The notes: generated from the letters alone by a model not told the origin. 64,000 bases of DNA from an uncultured Candidatus Saccharibacteria bacterium (GCA_903859365.1 CAIOMD010000006.1:22152-86151), one strand, 5' to 3'; counted from the stretch's first letter, positions 22,615 to 32,836 are shown. A program made the numbers and translations.

Positions 22615-23208
22615 CTAAATTACCCCCAGCAGATAAACTACGCTGAAAATAAAGATCCAAACAATATCTAGAAAATGCCAAAAAATACTAAACATAGTAA
22701 TTCTTCTAACACTTACTTCATTTAATCCTTTTTTATACAAATACCCAAGTGTAGCAAAGAGCCACAAAAGACCAATTGTTATATGTAGACCATGGGTACC
22801 GACTAAAGTAAAGTATGAAGATAAAAAGGCACTTCCTCTCCATGAGTTACCACTATGATCAAGCTTAGTAAATTCATGCAATTCAAGAATAAGAAAGCTT
22901 GTGCCAAGTAGTCCAGTAGTACAAAGCCATATAACAGTTTGTTTCAAATGTGAACGCTGTGCAGCGAGCAGTGCAAGTCCACTCGTAAAGCTACTAGTAA
23001 GTAGAATAATTGTTTCAGTTAGAATAAAACTGAGACTAAATAAATCCGATCCTGCTTTTCCGCCTGCTGTATTATTCCTAAGAACAATAAATACTGCAAA
23101 AAGTGATGCGAACACAATACAATCTGTCATCATATAAATCCAAAACCCTAAAAGAGACGTTTCCGTTTCTTTTTGAATTTCATTTTGCAACATGGAAATT
23201 TTTGTCAT
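22615..23208 (-). CDS. cyoC: Cytochrome bo3 quinol oxidase subunit III
   Basis: GFWIYMMTDCIVFASLF, LVGTHGLH, FWHFLDIVW. Confidence 0.97.
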   Translation of the reverse strand: MTKISMLQNEIQKETETSLLGFWIYMMTDCIVFASLFAVFIVLRNNTAGGKAGSDLFSLSFILTETIILLTSSFTSGLALLAAQRSHLKQTVIWLCTTGLLGTSFLILELHEFTKLDHSGNSWRGSAFLSSYFTLVGTHGLHITIGLLWLFATLGYLYKKGLNEVSVRRITMFSIFWHFLDIVWIFIFSVVYLLGVI

Positions 23209-25181
23209 ACCAATGCTCCCGCTCTTTTGTTTTCTATAGCTTCAATTTCAGCTGCTGGAATTATATGAGTTGTAGTATCATCGAAAGTTCGAACTATAAA
23301 TGTTCCGATTACTCCTAGTAGTGCGACAATCATTGTTGGCGGATAATGCCAAATAACAGAAAAGGCAAACATCAGAGCCCAGCCAGCCATAAAAAAGCCA
23401 AATGAAGAGTTATTGGGCATAACTATAGCAGCGTACTTTCGTCTTGGCAGTATGCCACCAAGTTGCTTTCTTCTGAAAAATTCATCACGATCTGAAACAG
23501 TAGGAATAATAGCAAAATTATAAACAGGAGCAGGGGATGTAGTAGACCACTCAAGTGTACGACCATTCCAAGGATCACCAGTCGTATCCAGATTTTTCTT
23601 TCTATTTTTTATAGCGAGGTAGAACATCATAAACTGCACGGCGACTCCTGCCAAAATAATTACTACGCCAACGCCAGCCACGATAAATAGTCCCTGCCAT
23701 CCAAGTGACGCGTCGTAGTGATCGAGCCGTCTAGTGGCTCCCATGAGGCCTAAAATATAAAGGGGAGTAAAGGCACATATTAAACCCGCTATCCAAAGAT
23801 ACGCTGCAATTTTTCCAAGTTTCTCATCTAGTTTAAATCCGAATACTTTAGGGAACCAATAAGCTATACCTGCAAAGTAGCCGAAGAGTGCGCCACCAAT
23901 TATCATGGTGTGAAAATGTGCTACAAGAAACAATGTGTTGTGCAACTGGAAATCTATTGGCGGCACTCCAAGCATAACTCCCGCAGCACCACCGATACTG
24001 AAGGTTATGACAAAACCGATAAACCAAATCATTGGACTAGCGAAATTGATTCGCCCTCGGTACATAGTAAACAGCCAGTTAAAAACTTTTAGGCCAGTTG
24101 GAATAGCAATCACCATAGTCATAATACCGAAGAAGGCATTAACATTTGCCCCAGCACCCATTGTGAAGAAATGGTGCAGCCACACAACAAATGACAAGCC
24201 AGTAATAGCCAATATCGCGTAAACCATTGAGGTGTACCCAAAAAGGCGTTTACGACTAAACGTAGCAACAATTTCAGAGTAAATACCAAATGCTGGAAGA
24301 ATCAATATATAGACTTCAGGGTGGCCCCATGCCCAAATCAGATTGACATACATCATCGCATTCCCGCCACCTGCCGTAGTAAAGAAATGCGTACCGATAG
24401 TTCTATCTAACGTTAGCAGCACAAGTGTTACGGTAAGAATTGGAAACGCAGCAGCAACGAGTGTCATCGCCGCAAGCACCGACCAAACAAAAACAGGCAT
24501 TTTCATCATGCTCATACCTGGTGCTCGTTTTGTAAGAATTGTTGTTATGAAGTTTATACCTGAAAGCAGCGTTCCAATACCTGCAATTTGAATACTCCAT
24601 ATCCAGTAGTCAACTCCAACGCCTGGACTAAATTGCAGTTCAGAAAGAGGAGGATATGCTAGCCAACCGGTAGCGGCAAATTCACCCCCGAAAACAAGAG
24701 ATAAATTAATAAGTATCGCCCCCGCAGCATACATCCAAAAACTAAGATTGTTAAGGAGTGGAAAAGCGACATCTCGTGAACCAATCTGCAGGGGCAATAT
24801 TAGATTAATAATGCCAAAGACAAGACCCATGGCTACGAAAAAAATCATCATGGTTCCATGGGCGGTAAATATCTGCTGATAATGATTTGAGCTTATAATT
24901 CCTTGTGAAGCACCTACTGAAGTAGCTTGCTGAAATCTGAGTAGTACGGTATCGGCAAGTCCACGGAGTAACATAACCCCAGCAACGACGAGATACATAA
25001 TTCCTATTTTTTTATGATCAAGTGAGGTGAGCCAATTCTTCCAAAGCCAACCAACTTTTTTAAAATATACAAGTGCGAGCGCAATTAAAAGTGCTGCACC
25101 AACAACCATTGCTTGCCCAAAAAATAGTACGAGTCGATCGGTACTGGGAACAGACGTTGAGCTAAAAAGAGAAATAATCAC
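23205..25181 (-). CDS. cyoB: Cytochrome bo3 quinol oxidase subunit I
   Basis: RGLAD and HYQQIFTAHG quinol site, WGHPEVY, WLHH, AHFH. Confidence 0.98.
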   Translation of the reverse strand: MIISLFSSTSVPSTDRLVLFFGQAMVVGAALLIALALVYFKKVGWLWKNWLTSLDHKKIGIMYLVVAGVMLLRGLADTVLLRFQQATSVGASQGIISSNHYQQIFTAHGTMMIFFVAMGLVFGIINLILPLQIGSRDVAFPLLNNLSFWMYAAGAILINLSLVFGGEFAATGWLAYPPLSELQFSPGVGVDYWIWSIQIAGIGTLLSGINFITTILTKRAPGMSMMKMPVFVWSVLAAMTLVAAAFPILTVTLVLLTLDRTIGTHFFTTAGGGNAMMYVNLIWAWGHPEVYILILPAFGIYSEIVATFSRKRLFGYTSMVYAILAITGLSFVVWLHHFFTMGAGANVNAFFGIMTMVIAIPTGLKVFNWLFTMYRGRINFASPMIWFIGFVITFSIGGAAGVMLGVPPIDFQLHNTLFLVAHFHTMIIGGALFGYFAGIAYWFPKVFGFKLDEKLGKIAAYLWIAGLICAFTPLYILGLMGATRRLDHYDASLGWQGLFIVAGVGVVIILAGVAVQFMMFYLAIKNRKKNLDTTGDPWNGRTLEWSTTSPAPVYNFAIIPTVSDRDEFFRRKQLGGILPRRKYAAIVMPNNSSFGFFMAGWALMFAFSVIWHYPPTMIVALLGVIGTFIVRTFDDTTTHIIPAAEIEAIENKRAGALV

Positions 25182-26134
25182 ATACCCTCCATCGATGACA
25201 TTGAATGCATACTCATTGCATTAGTTTTACCATTATCCGGGTCAAGTTGAAATGGCATATATTGATTGACTATTGTGTCATAGAGTCCGTTTTCAACCGT
25301 TCCAAACACGAAAGGCTCTACATTTTCTGAAGGTTCAGCGAGTTGATGAAGGGTGCCCTTAGTGAGGGTCTGTGGCTGAGATGTCATCGAAGAAGCCCAC
25401 CTGCTGAACGTCTGTGTATTGACGGCAGAAACATTAAAATGCATTCCTGCAAATCCAGAACCTGAAATATTAGCTGAAACGCCCCTGTAAATGCCGGTTT
25501 TTGATGCAATAAGGTGCAGTTCTGTGTTCATGCCAGCCATAGCATATATTTGGCCCCCAAGTTGAGGAATCCATAATGAATTCATAGGTCCTTCTGAAGT
25601 AATTGAAAAATCTATGGGATGGTCTGTTGGTATGGTGAGTTCATTGACTGTAGCGATTCCATAATCTGGATAAATAAAGAGCCATTTCCAGTTCATCGCA
25701 ACTGCCTGAATTCGTACATGTGTTTGATTTGAACTCAGAGATTTAAAAGGATCAAGCTGATGTGTTTGATTCCAGGTAACTATGGATAGTATGGTGATAA
25801 TTCCAAGTGGAATCGCCCACCAGACGAGCTCGAGTAAAACATTAGAGTATTCAGGAGCATATTTTTTAGATTTCTTGGATTCTCTAAAGGTAAAAATAAT
25901 GTAAAATAAAATTCCAAAAACAGGAATTATCACAATCAAACTAAGTAGTGCCGCAAATTTCATGAGGTTTAATTCTGATTGTGCGATTTGTCCTGCCGGC
26001 GAAAGCACGGCAAATGTATGGTGTCGCACTAACAAAAATAAGATGAAACAAAATAATAAAAATAAAGAAAGCGCCAAGATAAATATTTTACTAGGAGTAA
26101 TTTTAATACGTTTCGCCACTCTCACGTCCCTCAA
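25178..26134 (-). CDS. cyoA: Cytochrome bo3 quinol oxidase subunit II
   Basis: WKWLFIYP, MNSLWIPQLGGQIYAMAGM, SANISGSGFAGMHF; no CuA cysteines; start uncertain. Confidence 0.95.
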   Translation of the reverse strand: MRDVRVAKRIKITPSKIFILALSLFLLFCFILFLLVRHHTFAVLSPAGQIAQSELNLMKFAALLSLIVIIPVFGILFYIIFTFRESKKSKKYAPEYSNVLLELVWWAIPLGIITILSIVTWNQTHQLDPFKSLSSNQTHVRIQAVAMNWKWLFIYPDYGIATVNELTIPTDHPIDFSITSEGPMNSLWIPQLGGQIYAMAGMNTELHLIASKTGIYRGVSANISGSGFAGMHFNVSAVNTQTFSRWASSMTSQPQTLTKGTLHQLAEPSENVEPFVFGTVENGLYDTIVNQYMPFQLDPDNGKTNAMSMHSMSSMEGM

Positions 26135-26268
26135 TTAAATAACTGCTTATTCTTACCTCTAACTATAGCATTATACGATTCGTTTACCAGTACTGTTACA
26201 TTAAATTTTACACTGTTAGTTTACACTGTTTCAGGGTACAATGGTCGAATAAATATGGAGTGTTTTTA

Positions 26269-26913
26269 GTGAGTAAAGAAGTAATCACAGTAGATTTAAA
26301 TAAACGTGACGTAATTGGTAAAGGTCTCAATAAGCTTAAAGCAGAGGGTCTGATTCCTGCAGTTATTCACCAACCTGGAAAAGAATCATTGATTGTTTCT
26401 GGTAATTTCATCGAACTATCTAAGATTTATGCAAAAGCAGGTCGCCACCACCCTGTTAACGTAACGATTGGCTCGGATAAACTTTTAACCATTATTAAAG
26501 ATGTTGATGTTGATCCTGCAAAGAATAGAATTCGTCATATAGTATTTGGTGCAATTAATCTTAAAGAAAAAGTGTACACTGTTGTTCCTGTTACTCTTGT
26601 TGGAGATGCTCCGGCTACTCGTGCGAACTTGCTTGTTCACCAATTGATTGAAGAAGTCGAAGTTGCGGCACTTCCCAATGACCTACCTGACAGTATTAAT
26701 GTTTCAATCGAGAGCCTCACTGAAGTCGACGATCGAATCACCATTGGCGATATTACTCCTCCAAATGGGGTAGAAATAGAAGTTGAAAAAGACCAAGTGA
26801 TTGTAATTGTGGACGCACCTCACCAAGAATCAGAAGAAGCATCAGCAACTGAAACCGCTACTGAAGCACCAGCAGCCGAAGTAACCCCTGCAGCCGACGA
26901 AGCTAACAACTAA
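26269..26913 (+). CDS. rplY: 50S ribosomal protein bL25 (long Ctc form)
   Basis: GLIPAVI, ALPNDLPDSINVSI, acidic tail; GTG start after GGAG. Confidence 0.92.
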   Translation: MSKEVITVDLNKRDVIGKGLNKLKAEGLIPAVIHQPGKESLIVSGNFIELSKIYAKAGRHHPVNVTIGSDKLLTIIKDVDVDPAKNRIRHIVFGAINLKEKVYTVVPVTLVGDAPATRANLLVHQLIEEVEVAALPNDLPDSINVSIESLTEVDDRITIGDITPPNGVEIEVEKDQVIVIVDAPHQESEEASATETATEAPAAEVTPAADEANN

Positions 26914-26914
26914 A

Positions 26915-27328
26915 TTACTTTATATATTTTTTAGAAAAACTATAGCTAATAATTGAAGTGGCGCTTGCCAATGCTATACCCCATGTAATATCAATAACTG
27001 ATATTGTTGTCGGCCAATGAGGAAGAATCGCCTGACAGCTAAGATCAAATGTTGCATACGTGAAAAGCCCAAAGAGTGCTCCGCGCGTTGCAGCAAACAT
27101 AATAGTATTTTTCTTTTGCAGGGCTGGTAAAATAACGAAAATCATTAGCCCAAGCGGAAAAAGCAAATAAAAAAGTCCTGCTGGAGCAAGACTAAATTTT
27201 TGCGCTGTTAAGTATCCTATATAGTGTTTATAGATTTTAGGAGAAATAAGGGTCAGCCAAACACCATCGATAGCGCTCAGTGTTAGAAGAGTTGTTATAT
27301 AGATTCGAATGTTTTTTGTGTTTATCAT
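26915..27328 (-). CDS. DUF2177 membrane protein
   Basis: IDGVWL, GLFTYATFDLS, WP...DITWG. Confidence 0.85.
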   Translation of the reverse strand: MINTKNIRIYITTLLTLSAIDGVWLTLISPKIYKHYIGYLTAQKFSLAPAGLFYLLFPLGLMIFVILPALQKKNTIMFAATRGALFGLFTYATFDLSCQAILPHWPTTISVIDITWGIALASATSIISYSFSKKYIK

Positions 27329-27429
27329 AGATAACCACATTGTAGCGCAAATTAAGCTTAGCCAAAATACTTATTAATAAAATAAGGGCTTTGGTTAAGG
27401 ACAGTACATCCTTGGCAATGCTAGGGGCG

Positions 27430-27502
27430 AAAAAAATAAAGGGGGGAGCATCCAGTACGAAATGTCCTTTGTAGCTATGGTAACCCACGACCCCCCTTCG
27501 CC
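27430..27502 (-). terminator. Probable intrinsic terminator or structured 3' end
   Basis: On the minus strand AAGGGGGG...CCCCCCTT is followed by a T-rich run, downstream of the 27515-28093 ORF; the ~44 nt loop is unusually long. Confidence 0.5.
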
Positions 27503-27514
27503 ACATTTGATGCA

Positions 27515-28093
27515 TTACAGCTTATACGGAAAGATATAAGCTGGTGAAACGGCATTCTGGATTCGGCTTGAGTTTGAATAGGCGAAGTTAAAAACGCCTG
27601 ACAAATCAAAACCTGTCTGGAATGCAACAGCAACAATATTGAACACATCGAGTCCGTCAACCATTGAAGTAAAAGCTTTCTCAATGTTTGCGTCAAGTTT
27701 TGCGAGTTCAGGGCTGGAGCCAGTCTTCTTGTATGACTGAAAGTCACGACGAGAAATAAGCTGAGCCTTGATCAAATCTTGAACGCGACGATGATCGAGT
27801 GTGCACACTTGCTCATAGAAATCAATCAGTCGTTGGCGACGGATCATAGATTCTTGAGCTGTCAACCCGAAACGAATGAACCGTTCGGTACCGAGGTGCT
27901 GCATTGTAATGACATACTCCTCACCCATAAGACGCTTAAGTTCATCTCGAACCTGCTGCCTATCCTTACGGGGTACATCACCTACGACAATGAAGTAATT
28001 CTCCACAATATCGCTTGCTTTCTTTGCTCTCAATCTAGCATTTCTAGTTGGGCTTATCGGGCAAATACCACCTAATTTGCCTAAGAAGCCCAT
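27515..28093 (-). CDS. Hypothetical protein
   Basis: 192 aa ORF with its own leader and a terminator-like 3' structure; no motif recognised. Confidence 0.6.
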   Translation of the reverse strand: MGFLGKLGGICPISPTRNARLRAKKASDIVENYFIVVGDVPRKDRQQVRDELKRLMGEEYVITMQHLGTERFIRFGLTAQESMIRRQRLIDFYEQVCTLDHRRVQDLIKAQLISRRDFQSYKKTGSSPELAKLDANIEKAFTSMVDGLDVFNIVAVAFQTGFDLSGVFNFAYSNSSRIQNAVSPAYIFPYKL

Positions 28094-28233
28094 CTAGAAG
28101 TTTGTACTGTCAATGTACGTCGGAATGTTTCCACTCAACGAAGCTTCGGTATAATACAATATTTATGCTTAATATGCAAGTAGTATGTGTCGGCACTATT
28201 GCAAATTAATAGTTCTTATGGTATTATATGTTC

Positions 28234-28887
28234 ATGAATTTACATCGTGTAGATAAAAAACCTGATTGGGAACTCATTAATAGCGAAGATCGCTCTCCTT
28301 TTCAACGTATAGCTGCAAAATCTAATGGTTTCATAACTCCCGGTAATGGAATAACACTTGCGGGCGGTGCACTCGTCGCTGCTGGTCTTGAAGACATCTA
28401 CAATGGTCATACATATAGAGGAATTGGGCTTGCAACTGCGGGTCGTTTTGCAGATCTTTTCGATGGAATGGTTGCACACAAAACTGGCACAAAAAGTGCT
28501 AAAGGTGAAGCGCTTGACGCTGGCATGGATAAACTTGCTGCTGTTGGTGCACTTGGAGTTCTTGCCGTAAAAGAACTTGTGCCCATTCAAGCAATAGGAC
28601 TCTTTGGGGCACAGAACGTTGTTAACGCTATCGCAACTGCGATTGCAAAAAAACGAGGCACTGAAATACATGCATCAAAATCAGGAAAGCTGAACACTGT
28701 TTACCAATGGGTTTCATTAGGATTATTTACACTCTCAAAATCTATAGAACCTCAGTTTAATGGTGCAAGTAAAGTGCTTGAAGCTGCTGCATACGGAACT
28801 GAAGTTTTAGCACTAGGTTATGGAGCAGTTGCGAGTGCAGGGTATATTAAAGATGCGGCCGCAAAACTTCCCGAAGAAATCAAATAG
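28234..28887 (+). CDS. CDP-alcohol phosphatidyltransferase family protein
   Basis: TPGNGIT and DLFDGMVAHKTGTKSAKGEALDAGMDK (DxxDGxxAR...GxxxDxxxD). Confidence 0.88.
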   Translation: MNLHRVDKKPDWELINSEDRSPFQRIAAKSNGFITPGNGITLAGGALVAAGLEDIYNGHTYRGIGLATAGRFADLFDGMVAHKTGTKSAKGEALDAGMDKLAAVGALGVLAVKELVPIQAIGLFGAQNVVNAIATAIAKKRGTEIHASKSGKLNTVYQWVSLGLFTLSKSIEPQFNGASKVLEAAAYGTEVLALGYGAVASAGYIKDAAAKLPEEIK

Positions 28888-28942
28888 ATAGCTTAACCAA
28901 TTTCGATTTTTTTGCTAAACTACCATTTAGTAAGGAGAACAA

Positions 28943-29170
28943 ATGAAAAAAAATCTAACAGTACTATTGGTGGTTCTGGGAATAGTGCTCATAGGACTAG
29001 GAATATATTATTTCTTAACCCCTGCAGGCTCATTGCCAGCATTTCTTCCAGGTCACGCATCTGGTTCAACACACAAGCACTTAAAGCATGGGTTGGCTGC
29101 TCTTTTATTAGGGCTTGGCCTTTGGGTTTGGGCGTGGTTTAATTCAGGTCCAAGCAGCAAAGACAGTTAG
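28943..29170 (+). CDS. Small two-TM membrane protein
   Basis: AAGGAG RBS, PAGSLPAFLPGH loop, HKHLKHG. Confidence 0.75.
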   Translation: MKKNLTVLLVVLGIVLIGLGIYYFLTPAGSLPAFLPGHASGSTHKHLKHGLAALLLGLGLWVWAWFNSGPSSKDS

Positions 29171-29887
29171 TTATCTTGGTCGTGCTTCGGCACTCTCACG
29201 AGCTCGATGAGTCAATGATTCATCGAGCTTTTTAAGTGTAGATTTTTTACCATATTTTTTTTCAACTGCAGTTTTAATTAAATAGTCCGCAAACACTGGA
29301 TTTTTTGGTAGTAACGATCCATGCAGGTATGAGCCAAAGACATTGTTGGTTCTAGCACCTTCTGATCTATCATCTGTGTTATTTCCTTCGCCTTTAATGA
29401 TTAATCCGAATGGCTTTTGTTTATTTTTTAGATACGTTTGTCCGCTATGGTTTTCATAGCCAATAACTCTACCAAAATCTGTTTCAATAACAATATTACC
29501 GATAAGTCGTTTGTCTTTAGCGATTGTTTCTGCATCAAAAATACCAATACCTTTAATCTCATCGCCCATATCTGTAACAAAGCGATGGCCAAACAGCTGA
29601 TACAGTCCACAGATCATCAGCATTGGCGTCCCGTTATCTGCGAGCTTTCGCAAATTAGGAGCAATACGTTGTAAATCCTTTGCTATTTTTTGTTGGCCTG
29701 AATCCTGACCGCCACCACCAATTAGAAGATCGATACTTTCAGGAAATGTATCACCTGGATGCAAAAATAGCACTTCAGGATCATACCCATGCCACTGCAA
29801 ACGACGAGTTAAAGTAAGAACGTTCCCGCTATCTCCATAAATATTCATTTCGTCAGGATAGAGATTAAGGATTCTTATTTTTTTCAT
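29171..29887 (-). CDS. gatD: Lipid II isoglutaminyl synthase, glutaminase subunit
   Basis: YGDSGN, GGGQD, ICGLYQLFG, GYENH, YLHGSLLPKNP. Confidence 0.92.
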   Translation of the reverse strand: MKKIRILNLYPDEMNIYGDSGNVLTLTRRLQWHGYDPEVLFLHPGDTFPESIDLLIGGGGQDSGQQKIAKDLQRIAPNLRKLADNGTPMLMICGLYQLFGHRFVTDMGDEIKGIGIFDAETIAKDKRLIGNIVIETDFGRVIGYENHSGQTYLKNKQKPFGLIIKGEGNNTDDRSEGARTNNVFGSYLHGSLLPKNPVFADYLIKTAVEKKYGKKSTLKKLDESLTHRARESAEARPR

Positions 29888-31161
29888 GACGACTCTCCGA
29901 GATCACGGTTGCCGATTAAGTAAGTACGAATGGCAAGCATCGCGGTGTACGTGGCGTAAATTTTTAGTCGAGGTTGCTTCGAATTTGCGAGATAATGATC
30001 AAGCGCAGATGTTATGTTACGAATTACATGTAGTGCAGGCACTTCTTCATACCTAAGGCGAAGCGCCATATCATAAGCGCGCGTTCCGCTCACCATATCC
30101 ACGCCATGGCTTTTAAGTGCAGAAAAATCAACATCCCAGAGCCATGAAACATCACGTCCATCCGCATAATCATCATTAATAGCAATAAAGACATCTTCCT
30201 TTTCGTCATGAGCATATAATGCCTGGCGAAATCCGGCGGGGTTTTTTACAAGAATAATTTGAATATGTTTTCCATTATGATGAATAATCTCACCTCTTCC
30301 AAAGGCTGGCTTTACTTTTGCAAGAGCCTCAATAATCTCATCGTTGTCAGCACTTGGGATTACAAGTTTAATAAGGGCAAACGCACCCGCTATATTCTGG
30401 TAATTATAACCACCTTGAATTTGAAAAGGCTCAACATACGCTTTTTTATCTACTAAAAAAGTAGGAGTGTTATGCGAATAAGCTTTCAATTTTACGAGTA
30501 GCTCATTACTTTGTTTGATTGGTTTCTTGTCTAATTTTGCCAACAGTTCATCATCCGTAGGAAACTGTGCTCGTAAACTCACGTCAACGCCATAATAAAA
30601 TACGGGAGCATTGCTAGTTTTAGCGGCCGCAACCAGGTGGGGATCGTCGCCGTTAATAACGACGGATTTCGTAGCACTGGCAATTACTTGTTGAATCAAC
30701 CGAGCGGTTGCATCTACTTCGCCAAAACGATCTAGTTGATCACGCATAACGTTAAGCGCAAGCACATAGCGAGGTTTTACTCTTTTTATGAATTGCACTG
30801 CGTAGGCTTCGTCAAGTTCCAGCACAGCGATGTCGTGTTCTAGTTTTCCGACAATAGATACATTATTTATAACAGTGGATACAATTCCTCTAGTAAAATT
30901 GCTCCCTGAAGGATTTGTTAACACTTTTTTGCCTAAAAGCTCAAGTGCTCCCGTAATCACTTTTGTCGTTGTTGTTTTGCCATTCGTTCCCGTTACGATC
31001 ACGACTCCATCGGGTAGTTGTTTCAGCATATCTTCTAAAAATCGTGGATACATTCTTTCAACAACAAGCCCCGGAAGTGCTGATCCACTCCCGCCGCGCA
31101 GTCGCGATGTCTGACGTATCATTTTACCGATAATAATAGGCGTGGTATGTTTGGTGTTCAT
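29884..31161 (-). CDS. murT: Lipid II isoglutaminyl synthase, Mur ligase subunit
   Basis: GTNGKTTT, RDQLDRFGE, KNPAGF, DGRDVSWLWDVDF (DUF1727). Confidence 0.93.
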   Translation of the reverse strand: MNTKHTTPIIIGKMIRQTSRLRGGSGSALPGLVVERMYPRFLEDMLKQLPDGVVIVTGTNGKTTTTKVITGALELLGKKVLTNPSGSNFTRGIVSTVINNVSIVGKLEHDIAVLELDEAYAVQFIKRVKPRYVLALNVMRDQLDRFGEVDATARLIQQVIASATKSVVINGDDPHLVAAAKTSNAPVFYYGVDVSLRAQFPTDDELLAKLDKKPIKQSNELLVKLKAYSHNTPTFLVDKKAYVEPFQIQGGYNYQNIAGAFALIKLVIPSADNDEIIEALAKVKPAFGRGEIIHHNGKHIQIILVKNPAGFRQALYAHDEKEDVFIAINDDYADGRDVSWLWDVDFSALKSHGVDMVSGTRAYDMALRLRYEEVPALHVIRNITSALDHYLANSKQPRLKIYATYTAMLAIRTYLIGNRDLGESS

Positions 31162-31167
31162 GGATTT

Positions 31168-32025
31168 TTATTTAGTTAGCAAGTAGAGTGATGCGCTCGC
31201 TCCTGCTAAAAGGCAATAAAGGGCAAAAGGACGGAGTGTATTCGATCTAAAGAAACGCATTAGAAAAGACACAGAAACATACGCCGCTGCAGCCGCACAG
31301 GCGGCGCCTACTAGCATTGGAAGCCGCAAGCTGGCATAGGAAGAAGAAAAAATTTCTGGAAGCTTTAAAAGGGCTGCAGCGCCAATCACCGGTGTCGCCA
31401 AGAGAAAACTAAAACGAGCAGCATCCTCATTATTCAGTCCCGCAAGAAGTCCACCTGCCATAGATGAACCAGAGCGAGATATTCCTGGAAGCAGTGCGAG
31501 TGATTGCGCTGCACCAATGTAGATAGCTTGCGTAGGACTAAGATGCGCAAGATGATCGTCACTTTGTATTTCTTTTTTTCGAGCTGCACGTTTTCGCAAC
31601 TGCTCAGCGCCTAGAAGAATAAAACCATTAATAACTAAAAATCCAGCCGCAATCTGAGCTGACGCAAACAGCTTTCTAATCGAGTCTTGAAAAAGTAGAC
31701 CAATAATACCAGCAGGCACAGTACCAATAACTAGCAACCAGCCGATACGTGCGTAGGTATCTTCTTTTTTTACTTCTCGTTGTTTCAATGTCCTAATAAT
31801 CCCAGATAGTATTTTCTTCCAATCATTAAAAAAGAAAATAAAGAGGACTGTTGCGGTCGCCAAATGAGTGGCGATTAAAAACGTAAGAAAATAGCTGTCA
31901 TTTTGGTGGATGTTCCAACCTAGAATACTTGGAAGCACTACGCTATGACCAAGACTTGAAATAGGGAATAATTCAGTGAGCCCCTGAATGAGCCCGAGGA
32001 TAATAGCTTGTAGGATTGATATCAC
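31168..32025 (-). CDS. uppP: Undecaprenyl-diphosphate phosphatase
   Basis: QGLTELFPISSLGH, PGISRSG, ARFSFLL. Confidence 0.96.
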   Translation of the reverse strand: MISILQAIILGLIQGLTELFPISSLGHSVVLPSILGWNIHQNDSYFLTFLIATHLATATVLFIFFFNDWKKILSGIIRTLKQREVKKEDTYARIGWLLVIGTVPAGIIGLLFQDSIRKLFASAQIAAGFLVINGFILLGAEQLRKRAARKKEIQSDDHLAHLSPTQAIYIGAAQSLALLPGISRSGSSMAGGLLAGLNNEDAARFSFLLATPVIGAAALLKLPEIFSSSYASLRLPMLVGAACAAAAAYVSVSFLMRFFRSNTLRPFALYCLLAGASASLYLLTK

Positions 32026-32067
32026 CTTGAAATCATAGCAAAAAAACGACCAAAAAACATGTGAAAC

Positions 32068-32586
32068 TTATGCTTTATACGCTATAAGTATTTCGTTTTT
32101 CCTCAAAAATCCTGGTTTCCAAGGAGGATCGTAGCGTGCAATAATTGGCGAACCAATCTGTTTTAAGTTTTTTTCGTCCATCCATTTCTGAAGTTCATCA
32201 GTTTTTTTCGTAATTTTATCCTCAGATGTATACCCAGAAAAAGTGAGGCTGGCTACGTTCATTTCGTTTATTTCATCAAATGTTACCGCCTTCTGATTAG
32301 GAGTTGGTAAATTCTTAATTGAATATTTCGAAGGAATAACGAAGCTAACTCGAAAATTTCCATTTTTAGTTTGCTCCGACATAACAGGTGCAGTCATAGC
32401 TATTTTTTGTGACGCTTGATTACCGCCAAAAATATATCCAGCTAAATAGGAGAAACCACTGCTGCCAGCTGCAGCGTGGCTATCTGCAGAAACTTCAACA
32501 TTACTCGTTATAAAAGCTGCATATTTTCTAAGCTCGAATTTACCAGCCTTGTTAAGAACGGTATACTGCGGAGTTTCAATTGCCAT
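32068..32586 (-). CDS. SOUL-family heme-binding protein
   Basis: ETPQY, FELRKY, LAGYIFGGN, KIAMTAPV, YDPPW...RKNEI. Confidence 0.92.
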   Translation of the reverse strand: MAIETPQYTVLNKAGKFELRKYAAFITSNVEVSADSHAAAGSSGFSYLAGYIFGGNQASQKIAMTAPVMSEQTKNGNFRVSFVIPSKYSIKNLPTPNQKAVTFDEINEMNVASLTFSGYTSEDKITKKTDELQKWMDEKNLKQIGSPIIARYDPPWKPGFLRKNEILIAYKA

Positions 32587-32836
32587 TATCGGTCGTGATT
32601 TCTGCGGTTACTTCTTTTTGTGCTCGTTGAGCTAATAGGTGTTCACGAATCAATGTTTGCTTTTCAGCTAACTGCCTTAAGAGTCCGGAAATTGCAATTT
32701 CATGTTCGCGAATGTGCTGAATAATTTCTTGCTCGTCCTTAATGATTTGCTCAAAAGACTGGGTTTGGTCTTCGTCACTTCTTTGACGTGCCAAGAAGTC
32801 ATATGAGTAGGGAAGCGGCCCTTTGTTGTTGGACAT
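32576..32836 (-). CDS. Hypothetical coiled-coil protein
   Basis: 86 aa ORF overlapping the SOUL gene start; TATACT upstream. Confidence 0.6.
   Translation of the reverse strand: MSNNKGPLPYSYDFLARQRSDEDQTQSFEQIIKDEQEIIQHIREHEIAISGLLRQLAEKQTLIREHLLAQRAQKEVTAEITTDNGN

Noticed and set aside
27397-27510. GC-rich intergenic patch considered as a tRNA or att site
   Set aside because: No cloverleaf, TTC loop, direct repeat or integrase; kept only as a terminator-like structure.
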